64,000 nt of DNA from an uncultured delta proteobacterium (GCA_963789265.1 CAWBKB010000001.1:2464001-2528000); one strand, 5' to 3'. Counted from the first letter of the stretch, positions 48,626 through 59,194 are shown. Notes: generated by a model not told the origin, from the sequence alone. Program-made: numbers and translations.

Positions 48626-50365
48626 ATGGAAAACTTGGAAACCCAAACTAATAACAACCTTCTTATGGAAGAAAACGAACAAGAAATCACGAAGGAAGAA
48701 GATTTTGCCGAACTAGTCGAGAGCAGCTTCCACAAAGTCCAAGAGGGCGAAGTCGTTACCGGCACGGTCGTTCAAGTGACTGCTGAACACGTCATGATTG
48801 ACGTGGGGTCCAAATCTGAGGGCCAGATCCCGCTAGAGCAGTTCCTTGATGAGAAGGGGCGTCTTACCGTTAGCGTCGGGAACGAAGTTCAGGTCTTTCT
48901 TGAAGACACGGAAGAATCTTCCGGCCAGGTCAGGATCTCGAAGACCAAAGCGGACAAGATTCGCATTTGGGATGAGATCGCCGAAGTATGCGACACAGAG
49001 AAAACAATCGCCGGCAAGGTGATTGCTCGTGTTAAGGGGGGATTGCAGGTCGACATAGGTGTGTCGGCGTTTCTTCCCGGTTCTCAGGTTGATCTGAGGC
49101 CTGTGCGAAACTTCGAGAAATATATAGGCGAGACTTTCGAGTTCAACGTCCTTAAATATAACCGCAAACGCGGAAACATTGTCTTGTCTCGAAGACCCCT
49201 CCTCGAGAAATCCAAGCAGAAAAAGAAAGACCTGATTCTCAGCGCGTTGGAAGGATCCGGAATTTTCACCGGCACGGTGAAAAACATTACCGATTACGGA
49301 GCGTTCGTAGATCTTGGGGGAATCGACGGTCTTCTGCACATCACCGACATGTCCTGGGGCCGCATAAACCATCCGTCCGACATACTCAAGGTGGGCGATC
49401 AAATCCAGGTCAAGGTACTGAAATTCGACCAAGAAAAGGAACGAGTTTCACTCGGGCTGAAGCAGACCCAAGCGGATCCCTGGGAGAATGTGGAGGATAG
49501 TTATCCTATCGGATCAAAGTGGACCGGTAAAGTCGTGAGCATCACCGATTATGGTGTATTCATAGAACTTGATAAGGGCGTTGAGGGACTGGTTCACATA
49601 TCTGAGATGGCGTGGACCAAAAAGCCCCGGCATCCCTCCAAAATGGTGCAGGTGGGCGAAGAAGTTGACGTGATGGTGCTCAATGTGGACAAGGACCAGA
49701 AGAGAATATCGTTGGGCATGAAGCAGCTAAAGCCGAATCCCTGGGACGTGATCGCCGAACGATACCCGGAAGGAACAAAGATCGAAGGCAAGATAAGGAA
49801 TGTGACTGACTTCGGCATCTTCGTCGGCATAGATGAAGGTATCGACGGGCTCGTTCACATTTCCGATATATCCTGGACACAGCGGATCAGGCATCCGGGT
49901 GAACTTTACAAAAAAGGGCAGACCGTACAAGCGGTGGTGCTTAACATAGACAAAGAAAATGAAAGGTTCTCGCTGGGCATCAAACAGATCCACGAAGATC
50001 CGTGGGAAACGATTCCGGATCGCTATCCCCCCGGTGCCAAAGTTCACGGAAGGGTCACCTCGGTAACCGACTTCGGCGTCTTCCTCGAAATTGAGGAAGG
50101 AATTGAGGGAATGATCCATGTCTCCGAACTCTCGAAAGAGAGGGTGAATTCGCCGGCAGACTTCACCAGAGAAGGTGAAGAACTGACCGCTATGGTCCTC
50201 AAGGTTAACAAGAAGGACAAGAAGATAGCCCTTTCCGTCAAGAGCCTCGAAAGGTTGGGCGACTATGATCAGGTAAAGGGTTATATGCACAGCCAAGAGG
50301 TGGTAGCGTCCAATCTGGGAGATCTGCTCAAAGAGAATCTCGGAACCAACTTCGGAAAAGAGTAG
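48626..50365 (+). CDS. rpsA: 30S ribosomal protein S1
   Basis: Six S1 repeats (AFLPGSQVD, DYGAFVDLGGIDGLLHITDMSW, EGLVHISEM); follows cmk. Confidence 0.98.
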   Translation: MENLETQTNNNLLMEENEQEITKEEDFAELVESSFHKVQEGEVVTGTVVQVTAEHVMIDVGSKSEGQIPLEQFLDEKGRLTVSVGNEVQVFLEDTEESSGQVRISKTKADKIRIWDEIAEVCDTEKTIAGKVIARVKGGLQVDIGVSAFLPGSQVDLRPVRNFEKYIGETFEFNVLKYNRKRGNIVLSRRPLLEKSKQKKKDLILSALEGSGIFTGTVKNITDYGAFVDLGGIDGLLHITDMSWGRINHPSDILKVGDQIQVKVLKFDQEKERVSLGLKQTQADPWENVEDSYPIGSKWTGKVVSITDYGVFIELDKGVEGLVHISEMAWTKKPRHPSKMVQVGEEVDVMVLNVDKDQKRISLGMKQLKPNPWDVIAERYPEGTKIEGKIRNVTDFGIFVGIDEGIDGLVHISDISWTQRIRHPGELYKKGQTVQAVVLNIDKENERFSLGIKQIHEDPWETIPDRYPPGAKVHGRVTSVTDFGVFLEIEEGIEGMIHVSELSKERVNSPADFTREGEELTAMVLKVNKKDKKIALSVKSLERLGDYDQVKGYMHSQEVVASNLGDLLKENLGTNFGKE

Positions 50366-50486
50366 GCCGAAAAGGTCCTCTTCGCGGCCCGGCTTGCAAT
50401 GCGCAAGCTCGGTTGCTTTTTTTCCCCGACACAAGCGGTGTGGAGGCAATCGGCGCTTTCAAGAGTCGGTTATCCACACTGAGCTT

Positions 50487-51977
50487 TTATCCCCCGTTAT
50501 CGATCAAACCTGTTTCAGACCCACCCGGTGCTTCCTCTGCCAATATCTTTGCTGCGGCTTCGAGCGCCTCTTCGCGCGTGCCGATTTTCCCGGAGTCCTG
50601 GAGTTCGGTCAATTTCCTCAATAAACTTCCAATATGCGGACCAGGGCCGATTGAGAAAAGGCTCATCAGATCGCGACCGTTCAGAAGGGGCATCCGCGGG
50701 GTCGCCTCGGCTTCCAGGCAAATTGACAGTGCCCGCAGCACCTGATTTCCGGCCCGTTCGTACGCTTCAGGCGGTCTTGCGGGCCCTCGTGAAGCCCCAA
50801 GATCCGCAAGGAATAGCAAGAACAACCCTGTGACGTTCCTCTGATATTTTGAGTGCAGTCGATGTATTGCCCTCAGGGAGACCTTTTGCGCTGTGAAGAT
50901 CGTCGGCCTCATGTGACCCGCTATCAGCCCACTGACAAGGGCAATCTCCCTGGATGCAAATTTAAGCCGCCTTCCCGCCTCGTTGAAGATCTCCTGCGAA
51001 ACTTTTTCATGGCCAAAGAACCGAACCTTACCCTTGGAATCCACGAATCTGGAAGCAGGCTTTCCTGAATCGTGGAAGAGCGCGGCCAGTTTGAGGAGCG
51101 CCAGTGTCGGCCTATCCCGAACCGGCTCCTGCCTGGTATATGCGTAAATTTGATCGCTAAGGCTGCCGAAATGTTCGGCCGCGTTCGCGAGCAAATTCTC
51201 CATTCGACTGATTGTTTCGAGTGAATGGTCCCAGACATCAAGGTGATGATAGGCATTTTGGCCGCATCCCTTCATGGGCCGCAATTCCGGAAAAATCGTC
51301 TCCAGAACGCCGGACAAAGCCATCGCTTTTAGAGCCGGAAAGGATGAATCCACGGACAGGGTGACGATCAGTTCGTCCCTGATCCTTTCAGGAGCCTTTG
51401 ACGGAAGCTCCTCAAGAGCGGGCGGAACCATTTCCAGAGTTTCCTTGCTTATCCCGAACCCCAGGCTTGCCATGAACCGAAACGCCCTCAAAACGCGTAC
51501 AGCATCATCTCGGAAAGAATCTTTCGAGCAGGCTCGTATTGTCCCCGACAGCAAGTCGGCCCTGCCCCCTGTAGGGTCTAATACAGGCTCCATAAGACCG
51601 CTGAGAAAATCTTGGATTCTCAAGGCCATTGCATTAATTGTAAAATCTCTTTTGTGGAGGTCTTCAGAAAGAGTCGAGGCTCGGAAAGAAGTTACGTCCA
51701 GAGTCGCCGGTCGTTGTCCGCGAAGGACAACTCTGCCTGTACCGTGTTTCGAATCCAGGGCGACAAAGGTGGCAACCTTTCCCAAAAGCGTGGCCGCCTG
51801 CCGCGCTATTTCAAAGCCGTCTCCCCGCAGTGCCACGTCCAAGTCTTTTCGGTCTCTCCGCCCCATCAGAAAGTCACGGACAACGCCGCCAACCAGGTAC
51901 GATTCCGGGGCAAGGTCCGCAATTGCATTGAGAATTGCCCTTACTCGTGGGTCATGTCTTGCATCCGTATCGAGCAT
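50487..51977 (-). CDS. Class II tRNA nucleotidyltransferase with HD domain (probably CC-adding)
   Basis: YLVGGVVRD..DLD, KRDFTINAMA, DDAVRVLRAFRF, ERIRDEL, HHLDVWDHS, LFHDSGK. Confidence 0.88.
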   Translation of the reverse strand: MLDTDARHDPRVRAILNAIADLAPESYLVGGVVRDFLMGRRDRKDLDVALRGDGFEIARQAATLLGKVATFVALDSKHGTGRVVLRGQRPATLDVTSFRASTLSEDLHKRDFTINAMALRIQDFLSGLMEPVLDPTGGRADLLSGTIRACSKDSFRDDAVRVLRAFRFMASLGFGISKETLEMVPPALEELPSKAPERIRDELIVTLSVDSSFPALKAMALSGVLETIFPELRPMKGCGQNAYHHLDVWDHSLETISRMENLLANAAEHFGSLSDQIYAYTRQEPVRDRPTLALLKLAALFHDSGKPASRFVDSKGKVRFFGHEKVSQEIFNEAGRRLKFASREIALVSGLIAGHMRPTIFTAQKVSLRAIHRLHSKYQRNVTGLFLLFLADLGASRGPARPPEAYERAGNQVLRALSICLEAEATPRMPLLNGRDLMSLFSIGPGPHIGSLLRKLTELQDSGKIGTREEALEAAAKILAEEAPGGSETGLIDNGG

Positions 51978-52115
51978 AACGAAATCAAACTGATCGTGCG
52001 CCTTAGCGTCACGTCGCGTGAGGAAGGGATTGTAGTAGAATGTGCAGAAGTCGATGATGCAGCAAGGCGTTGGGAGCGCTAAGGCGCCGCCGCAAGCCGC
52101 ATCTTGATGGCGTGC

Positions 52116-52871
52116 TCATAGCTGCGCCTGGACCAACTCGAAACGTATAGTACCTATGATCGGAGACGATGTCAGGAGTAGGGGGACACGATGTTCATCG
52201 TTCGATACCCACAGTTGTCCTTTCGCGATCTCCTTGCAGTCGCCGCTTAGCTTCACAAGTCTTAGATTCAGACAATAAGCAGGATGGGAGCCGGTCTTTA
52301 TCGTAACGTGTCCCGCTCCTACAGGGTTGACAAAGAGTCGGGATCGGTCTTTGCCGTCATAGATGTCCACGAACGTCGGCTTGCTCAAGTTCTTTTGATG
52401 CCGGAGCATGAACGCCGCTGTGATCGGATCGCATTGACCGCCATATTTCTCAGAGTGGCAGTCCCGTTCTTTGCCCTTCTGCTTGTTGATTTGAACCAGG
52501 TTTGTTCTGTGATCGAAGCTCAGAGATACCAATTCCGGGTCGCTCCAACTGGATTTCATTTGAAAGTTATAGGATTCGGGTCTGAAGGTATTAGCCGAAA
52601 ACGTGGCCTGCACACGACTCCAGAGTTCCACGAGGGTCTTCACGACCCCATCCGTCACGGCCTGAACTATAACACTTACGTGTTTTGAATCTGTTTTGGT
52701 CGCTATGTCGCCGTGGCCGGCCTTGGCGCCGTTCCACGTCACCTCATATCGAAGCAGTTCCGAATGAGACGCACAAAGACATTCTCTCGCCCCTCCCGCC
52801 AGGAATGAACAGACGGTCACCGCTACAACGAGAGCTATTCTCTTTTCGAGGCGCAAACATTTGCCCAACAT
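52116..52871 (-). CDS. DUF3108-like exported protein
   Basis: Signal peptide; E.LRYEVTW.G.KAG, DP..AAF..R, LWVSNDEHRVPL. Confidence 0.75.
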   Translation of the reverse strand: MLGKCLRLEKRIALVVAVTVCSFLAGGARECLCASHSELLRYEVTWNGAKAGHGDIATKTDSKHVSVIVQAVTDGVVKTLVELWSRVQATFSANTFRPESYNFQMKSSWSDPELVSLSFDHRTNLVQINKQKGKERDCHSEKYGGQCDPITAAFMLRHQKNLSKPTFVDIYDGKDRSRLFVNPVGAGHVTIKTGSHPAYCLNLRLVKLSGDCKEIAKGQLWVSNDEHRVPLLLTSSPIIGTIRFELVQAQL

Positions 52872-52936
52872 AGCATTCCACCACTCGATCAGTCCGGCAA
52901 GGAAGCCTCAGGCCCCTGCCGAAAGACCAGCGAGCA

Positions 52937-53395
52937 TCATCGAAAGCGACGCCAGTAGAACTTCTTCTTGACCTCGGGCATCGCTATCATAAGAGTATCT
53001 CCCGTTACCTGGTAAGGCCATTTTACAGTATTGCCAACATCATCCGTGATGGTAAGCTGATTTTTCTCCAGAATGTATTTCCCGGTCCGGCTCTTCATTT
53101 TGTCAGAATGATCTTTGTCCATTCTGTTAAAAATCACCTGGCCCTTGTCGGTGAACTCGATCAGCGTGCGCGTGCCGTCCTTTGGGCGCTCTTCAGCACC
53201 ATTTTCGTTGACCTGGTAAAGCAGTTCCCACGTATCAAGGAGCTTCTTGTCCGAGGCTGTCGGGGATGGTTGGGACGCAGACGGCCCAGGTTCAAGGCGA
53301 GCGGTCTTCGGCAGCGTCGTGGTGATGCACGAGGCGCACAACATGCCAACGAGGAAAATCGCTACCGTGACCGTGCGCTTAAGAAACAAGGACAT
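52937..53395 (-). CDS. Lipocalin-like lipoprotein
   Basis: Lipobox-like LCASC; LLDTWEL, IEFTDKG, GKY beta-strand pattern. Confidence 0.65.
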   Translation of the reverse strand: MSLFLKRTVTVAIFLVGMLCASCITTTLPKTARLEPGPSASQPSPTASDKKLLDTWELLYQVNENGAEERPKDGTRTLIEFTDKGQVIFNRMDKDHSDKMKSRTGKYILEKNQLTITDDVGNTVKWPYQVTGDTLMIAMPEVKKKFYWRRFR

Positions 53396-53470
53396 GGACC
53401 ATATCCTCAAAGGTTATCAGGCCTCATTCGGCGAATCGACGACGCTGTGGTCGTTGGAATCGGAAAATGG

Positions 53471-54454
53471 TTACCAGAGGCTATTGAAAACTCTTTCGTC
53501 GGGAGAAGGACTTGCGTTGCTCCTGGTACCGCTTTGTTCGGCATCTGCCTTGGCGGTAACCGCTGTCTGAAATTCTTCCGGTTTGCCGGGCTTGGCGGCG
53601 GGCTTCTGTATGGGAAATTCGCCTCTGGCAAGTCTGGTGAGAAAATTCTGGTCGGCAACGATGCAGTACGAGCCAACCTTCAGCGTATGAAAAACGGCCT
53701 CCGCATCCTGCCAGTCAAGGCCTAGGCAGCCGTGAGTCAGTCTGCCTCCGGTGGCTTCAGCATAGTGTATGTACCTGCTCCCTGAAAATGCCAACTTGTA
53801 CCTGAAGAAACCCGGAACCCGACGGTCTTCGTACCTCTGAGGTATGGGTTCATGTTCCTCGACGAAGTACCAGTCAGGTCTGACCCAATCGGCGACCGGG
53901 ACTTTGGATTTGATGGGAAATATTCCGACTGGAGTCTCAAAAGCCCCGTGGTTGGTTCGTCCCTTCCCGATGGCTACCGGTCCTATCCTGAGCAGCTTAC
54001 CGTATGTATTGTACAGGTAAAATTGAAAATTCCGTTTATCGATGACAATGAAAGGTTTGCCGTTTCTGTGTCGCATCATGCTTGCGATGTTCCTCGCGTC
54101 CGCAACAACAGCCCGGATTTGCCCTTCATCCTGGAGTCGGTGGCCGTAGTAGTTGTCGTACATCTGCTGTTGAGGCTCGGAATTGGCTTCAGCCTGGGGT
54201 TGTGCCGTTCGTGACAACTGATCTCTCAGGATCATCTCAGCATCTCGGGAATCGTATTGAAGATTGGCCATGGGCTCTTGGTAGTATTGCCGCGTCCCTC
54301 TGCCCGGATCCTGTTGCGGGGATCCTGAAGGATTCTGGTCGCCACCGGGAAAGTACATCTGAGCAATGGCAGTCGTACCGCTGACGGCGAAGGCGAGGAG
54401 CAATCCCAGACATGTCATTATATTACGCACCATTAAAGCCCTCTTCTCCCGCAT
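53471..54454 (-). CDS. L,D-transpeptidase (YkuD family)
   Basis: IVIDK..FYLY, PVAIGK..TPVG.F.I..K, YIH..THGC; signal peptide; start uncertain. Confidence 0.85.
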   Translation of the reverse strand: MREKRALMVRNIMTCLGLLLAFAVSGTTAIAQMYFPGGDQNPSGSPQQDPGRGTRQYYQEPMANLQYDSRDAEMILRDQLSRTAQPQAEANSEPQQQMYDNYYGHRLQDEGQIRAVVADARNIASMMRHRNGKPFIVIDKRNFQFYLYNTYGKLLRIGPVAIGKGRTNHGAFETPVGIFPIKSKVPVADWVRPDWYFVEEHEPIPQRYEDRRVPGFFRYKLAFSGSRYIHYAEATGGRLTHGCLGLDWQDAEAVFHTLKVGSYCIVADQNFLTRLARGEFPIQKPAAKPGKPEEFQTAVTAKADAEQSGTRSNASPSPDERVFNSLW

Positions 54455-54601
54455 CACTGCGAAAACTCCTTCATTGCGCTGAAATCGTTTCCATCTATAA
54501 TGTAAATCCATAGCGGTGTCAACCTATCCATCCCAAAGGGTTTTCCACCATATCATACTACCGAATTGATTCCACGAAGAAAAGCAGCTCTCAAACCGAT
54601 C

Positions 54602-55985
54602 TCATGTAAGCAGCCCATATTTCTTCATTTTATATTGTAGATTGCTTCGAGAGATCCCAAGAGCCTTGGCTGCTTGAGCCTGTACATGGCCGGCCTTTTT
54701 CAAGGCCTCGCGAATCATTTTTTCCTCGATTGTGTCAAGTGTGTCGGACAAATTCTTTTCCCCCAGGAACAAAGTGCCAAGTCCGTCCTCAGTCGAGGAG
54801 GATTTCCTTACTTCCGGCGGAAGATCCTCCAGCCCTACTGTCTTACCCCTGCAAAGCACAAGAGCCCTTTCGATCACGTTTTCCAGTTCTCTCACATTTC
54901 CCGGCCAAGAATATCCATACAGGACGTTCATGACCTCGGGGTCCACCTCTCCGATGCCACACCGCAATTTCTCCGCAAACCGGTTCACAAAATGCGCCAC
55001 CAGGAAAGGGATGTCATCGCGACGGTCCCTCAGAGGAGGAACCTCAATACGCACCACGTTCAGTCTAAAGAAAAGATCCCCCCGAAATCGTCCTGTAGCC
55101 ACCTCTTCCTTGAGATTCTTGTTGGTGGCGGCAATTATGCGAACGTCCACAAGGATGTCCTTATTTCCACCCACTCGCTGAAATTCGTGCTCCTGCAACA
55201 CTCGCAGCAACTTCACCTGTAGATTCAACGCCATTTCACCCACTTCGTCCAAAAAGAGCGTCCCACCACTGGCGAATTCGAATTTCCCTTGCTTGACGCT
55301 GGTTGCCCCTGTGAAAGCCCCTTTCTCGTAACCGAAGAGTTCGGATTCCAAGAGATTCTCCGGAACCGCCCCGCAATTTATTGAAACAAATGGGGCGTTA
55401 TTCCGTGAGGAAGCTTTGTGCAGTGCCCGAGCGACAAGTTCCTTCCCTGTGCCTGATTCTCCGGAGACTCAGAACAGTGGTTGGGGTGTCGGCAACCCGC
55501 TTCATGACTGCAAATACCTTTTCCATAGCCTTGGACTTGCCTATGATGTTTCCCCACAGACTGCCCAACTCGGTTTCAAGCAACCTGATATTCTTAATGA
55601 GAGAGCGCTTTTCCACGCCCCTCGCTACAGCTCTTTTCACATCTCTGTTGTCAAAAGGCTTCTGTATATGGTCCAAAGCTCCTTTCTTCATCGCCTCCAC
55701 AGCTTGGTCAACCTCGGCATAAGCTGTCATGAGAATGACCGGGAGATCCGGATCAAGTGCCAGAATCTTATCCAGGAGTTCGATACCCGAAATTCCGGGC
55801 ATTTTGATATCCGAGAGAACAGTGTCCACGGGTGCCTGAGCTATTAATTGCAGGGCCTCAGCCCCGGAAGAAGCCGTCAGCACACTGTAACCTTCGTCCT
55901 CCAGGAGGTCTTCCAGCACGACGAGATAGTTTTTTTCATCATCCACCAACAAGACCGTGCTCTTGGTCAAGCTCTCACCGTCCAT
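54602..55985 (-). CDS. Sigma-54-dependent response regulator (NtrC family); frameshift near 55471
   Basis: LLVDDE, SDIKMPG receiver; GESGTGKE restored across the shift; [21 protein letters not shown], Fis-type HTH. Confidence 0.93.
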
Positions 55986-56098
55986 TAGCCTCACTTACCG
56001 GAATCCGCCTTGCAGCTTAATGCACTATGGCGTAACTACGGTCGCGTATTCTGCTGCCATTGCCCGAAATAAGACACCGTATTCAGGAAATCAAAAAC

Positions 56099-57530
56099 TT
56101 ATGAGTCATGAGCCGGGAGAGATACGGTGAATTCGGCCCCGTGCCCTTCCCTGCTCTTTACTGAGATCTCTCCTCCGTGGGAGGTTATGATGTTGTGGAC
56201 GACCGACAATCCCAAGCCCGTTCCCATTTCATGGGTGGTAAAGAAAGGAGTGAAGATCTTGGACAGATCCTCCTCTCGAATTCCATGTCCGTTATCCGCG
56301 AAATTCACCCGAACCTCAGAGCCTTCCCGGGATATATCTATCATGAGAGTTCCTTCATCCGCGATCGCCTCGAAAGCGTTTATAGCTATATTCAAAAAAG
56401 CTTGATAAAGGAGGTCGGCATCACCTGCTATTACAGGACTAAATCCGTTTAGCCTTGGATCTTGCCATTGAATGCGCCGGGACCGTATTTCCTCGTCCAG
56501 GTTATTCCTCACCCTGGCGATGATGTCTCTCACGTCTGTGGCTTTCAGATACGGCGACCGAGGTCGCGCGAAGTCCAGGAAGTCAGTCAGAATGGTACTC
56601 AAACGGGTCGCTTCTTCCACAATGATGCCCGTGAGTTTCTGTATCTTTGGGGGATCGGGATTTGTTTTTTTGGCAAGCACCTCCGCAGAGGAACGGATTA
56701 TGCCTAACGGGTTGCGGATCTCATGGGCGATCGTGGCCACCATTTGCCCTATGGATGCCAGCTTCTCGGACTGTTGAAGTTGTTCCTCCAGCCGTTTTTG
56801 CTCCTGCCCCTGTTCCAGCAGCATCCTTTCACCGCGTCGAACGATGAGAGTAAGCATCACGAAGAGAAAGACCATTAAACCAGCGGCCACGAGAATAACG
56901 ACCACAATGGATTTCTGAAGAGCCACGTACTGATCGGTAACGTCCTGAGTGATCTGGATGACGCCGTATATATTTCCCAACATCCAGTAGTTTCCAGTAC
57001 TTTCCCGGAGCGGATAGGTACGTGTCCGTTAACCAATTGGCGTGCCATCGGCTAGCTGAGCCTCTCTCATGGCGGATCAATGTCGAGTCTTTACCTTCCA
57101 GAGCTTCATCTACCGCCACATTGTTCGACTCGTACTTGCCGATCAGATCATATTCGGTGCTGTAAACAATTTTTCTCCGGAGGTCGATTACCTTGATCCG
57201 CTGAATTCTAAGGCCGTAAGTAAAATCCTTTATAAGTGAATCCAAAGCTCCGAACTGATCCCATTTTCGGAGATCCATGGGAGTTCCGCGGGTCTTGAGC
57301 GGAGCATAAAAGCCGATGTATATATTGTAATTCAAATTCTCCGCCAGCAATCGGGCGTAGTTCTCGGCGCTCCTCAAAAGTGTATCCACACTCCGCGTAT
57401 AGAGAAACGCGCCGAGCAGAAAAGTCACAATAGCAATGACTGCAAAGCCGGAAATAATGAAGTATTTTAATAACCTAAACGGCCCGCCACCGGAAACGGG
57501 ACCGAACATACCTTTTCGCATGAAATCCAT
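56099..57530 (-). CDS. Membrane sensor histidine kinase; frameshift near 57014
   Basis: Two TM helices around a periplasmic domain; AHEIRNPL H-box, N, DNGHGI, FFTT, GTGLGL. Confidence 0.92.
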
Positions 57531-57784
57531 CCGTTTGCGATCCCTTTCATGCGGGGCACTTTAACACCGGGGAGCTCGAAGGTAAAGTGCAAGTCCCGCG
57601 GCCGACCAAGCGTTGGAAGCCGCACCTCACTCTCAAGTGAATCCCCCCGGACCCCGAACAGACTTCTTTACGGATTTAAACGATTCACCGGCCATGCGGC
57701 CGGGTCACAAACTGAACGCCGGGATATTACGAGGGCTGAACTTCTGAAATAGTCCGAATTATCAAAATGTTCCGAGCCGAACTC

Positions 57785-58318
57785 TCAAGCGTTTCCCAGA
57801 TCCTCAGGGTTCATCCGTTCCAGAATCTTGGTCAACTCTTCGTCAGTCTGCTCTATGTCTTCTTGGGTGAAGATGACCTTCTGCCGCGACACCTCGTCCT
57901 GGTCGCCCTGTGTCATGCCCTCAATTACTTTTTCACTTACAAAGATCGGGACGCCCATCCAAGTCGCAAGGACCAGAGAGTCAGAGGGCCGCGCATCGAC
58001 GGTCACGAGCTTGGAATCCGAGTTCTTTAAATAAATCGTGGCATAATAGGTATGATCTTTCAAATCATCGATCTCGATGTGTTCTATATTGGCGTCGATC
58101 TTATCTATGACATTCCGTAACAACTCGTGGGTTAGCGGACGCTGAAACACTTCCTTATTCATGGCACGCTGGAGTGCCATCGCCTCGACCGGCCCGATCC
58201 AGATATATAATTCTCGCTCTCCGCTCTTCTCTTTCAGGATCACGACGGGCTGCATGTTGCGGGTGTCGGAAGCGATTCCGACGATGGTCATTTCTTTGAA
58301 CTTCTTGTCACTCTTCAT
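57785..58318 (-). CDS. Bifunctional nuclease family protein (DUF151)
   Basis: PVVILKE..LYIWIG..EA, RPLTHEL, DARPSDS..LA. Confidence 0.92.
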   Translation of the reverse strand: MKSDKKFKEMTIVGIASDTRNMQPVVILKEKSGERELYIWIGPVEAMALQRAMNKEVFQRPLTHELLRNVIDKIDANIEHIEIDDLKDHTYYATIYLKNSDSKLVTVDARPSDSLVLATWMGVPIFVSEKVIEGMTQGDQDEVSRQKVIFTQEDIEQTDEELTKILERMNPEDLGNA

Positions 58319-58764
58319 AGTGAACCTCTGATTCCTTACCGGGAGAGTAGAGGGCTCATGATTTGCAAAACGCTTGCGAAATTTTACCTTAAATTAACAT
58401 CCGCTCCCCTCGGTTGTCAATGTGTGCACCTCAGAAGGCCGCGTGCCTCTTTCCGGGCCTGTTCGCAACAGAAATACCGGGCTAGGGCTCCCGGCTGTCT
58501 CCCGGTCGGCAGGTCTCTTGGAACATTGCCTGAAGACCGCGCAGTCATTGACTTTTCGGGCTGATAGTGTAAATTATTCGGAGCCGACCTAGCCGCGATT
58601 TAGGGTTCCGGCGCACCAATACCGCTCTACATGGATTGCCTGGAGATCGACCGCGACGTCAAGCAGGCTGCCGACTTGATATGGCCCGGTAGCGTAGTGG
58701 CAATGATCTCACAAAGAGCACTTCATTGTGGATGCTCTCACAACTTAATGAAAGAGGTGTTCAA

Positions 58765-58950
58765 ATGTACCTGCCGAAGATAGATGACGAGAAGTGCAAG
58801 CAGTGTGGCGAATGTATCGACGTGTGTCCTGCCGATGTGCTCGAGGCAGACGACAAGCAGACAACAGTAGCCAATCCTGCCGATTGTCTGGGATGCGAAT
58901 CCTGCGTTTCGGTTTGCCCGGAAGAAGCTATCACAGTAGAGGAGGTCTAA
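58765..58950 (+). CDS. 2[4Fe-4S] ferredoxin
   Basis: Two CxxCxxCxxxCP motifs; GAGGT RBS. Confidence 0.95.
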   Translation: MYLPKIDDEKCKQCGECIDVCPADVLEADDKQTTVANPADCLGCESCVSVCPEEAITVEEV

Positions 58951-58970
58951 TACAGATTCGCTTTCAAGCA

Positions 58971-59140
58971 TGTAGGAGCGGTTTCAAACCCGCCCCTACA
59001 TGTCGTCGTGCCCGCGTACGCGGGCATCGAGTACTGCGTCGGGCATGGCCCAACCTACCCCCGGAACGGAGTCCGGATTGACGAATGGCGGGCATTCCCG
59101 CGCTTCGCGGGACACCCTACGGGAGGCGCATTCCCGCCAA
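58971..59140. repeat. Cluster of GTAG-type REP hairpins
   Basis: TGTAGGAGCGGTTTCAAACCCGCCCCTACA; GTCGGGCATGGCCCAACCTAC; GGCGGGCAT..CACCCTAC. Confidence 0.8.
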
Positions 59141-59194
59141 GTTATTTGCGACAAAGGGCATTCCTTTAACATCCCCGAGCACACGGAAGTATCT

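Noticed and set aside
50470..50478. Perfect DnaA box TTATCCACA
   Set aside because: Single copy between convergent genes, no box cluster or unwinding element; plausible by chance
58600..58615. TAGGGTTCCG, reminiscent of ykkC-class riboswitches
   Set aside because: The downstream conserved AAAAGCCCG-type segment is absent
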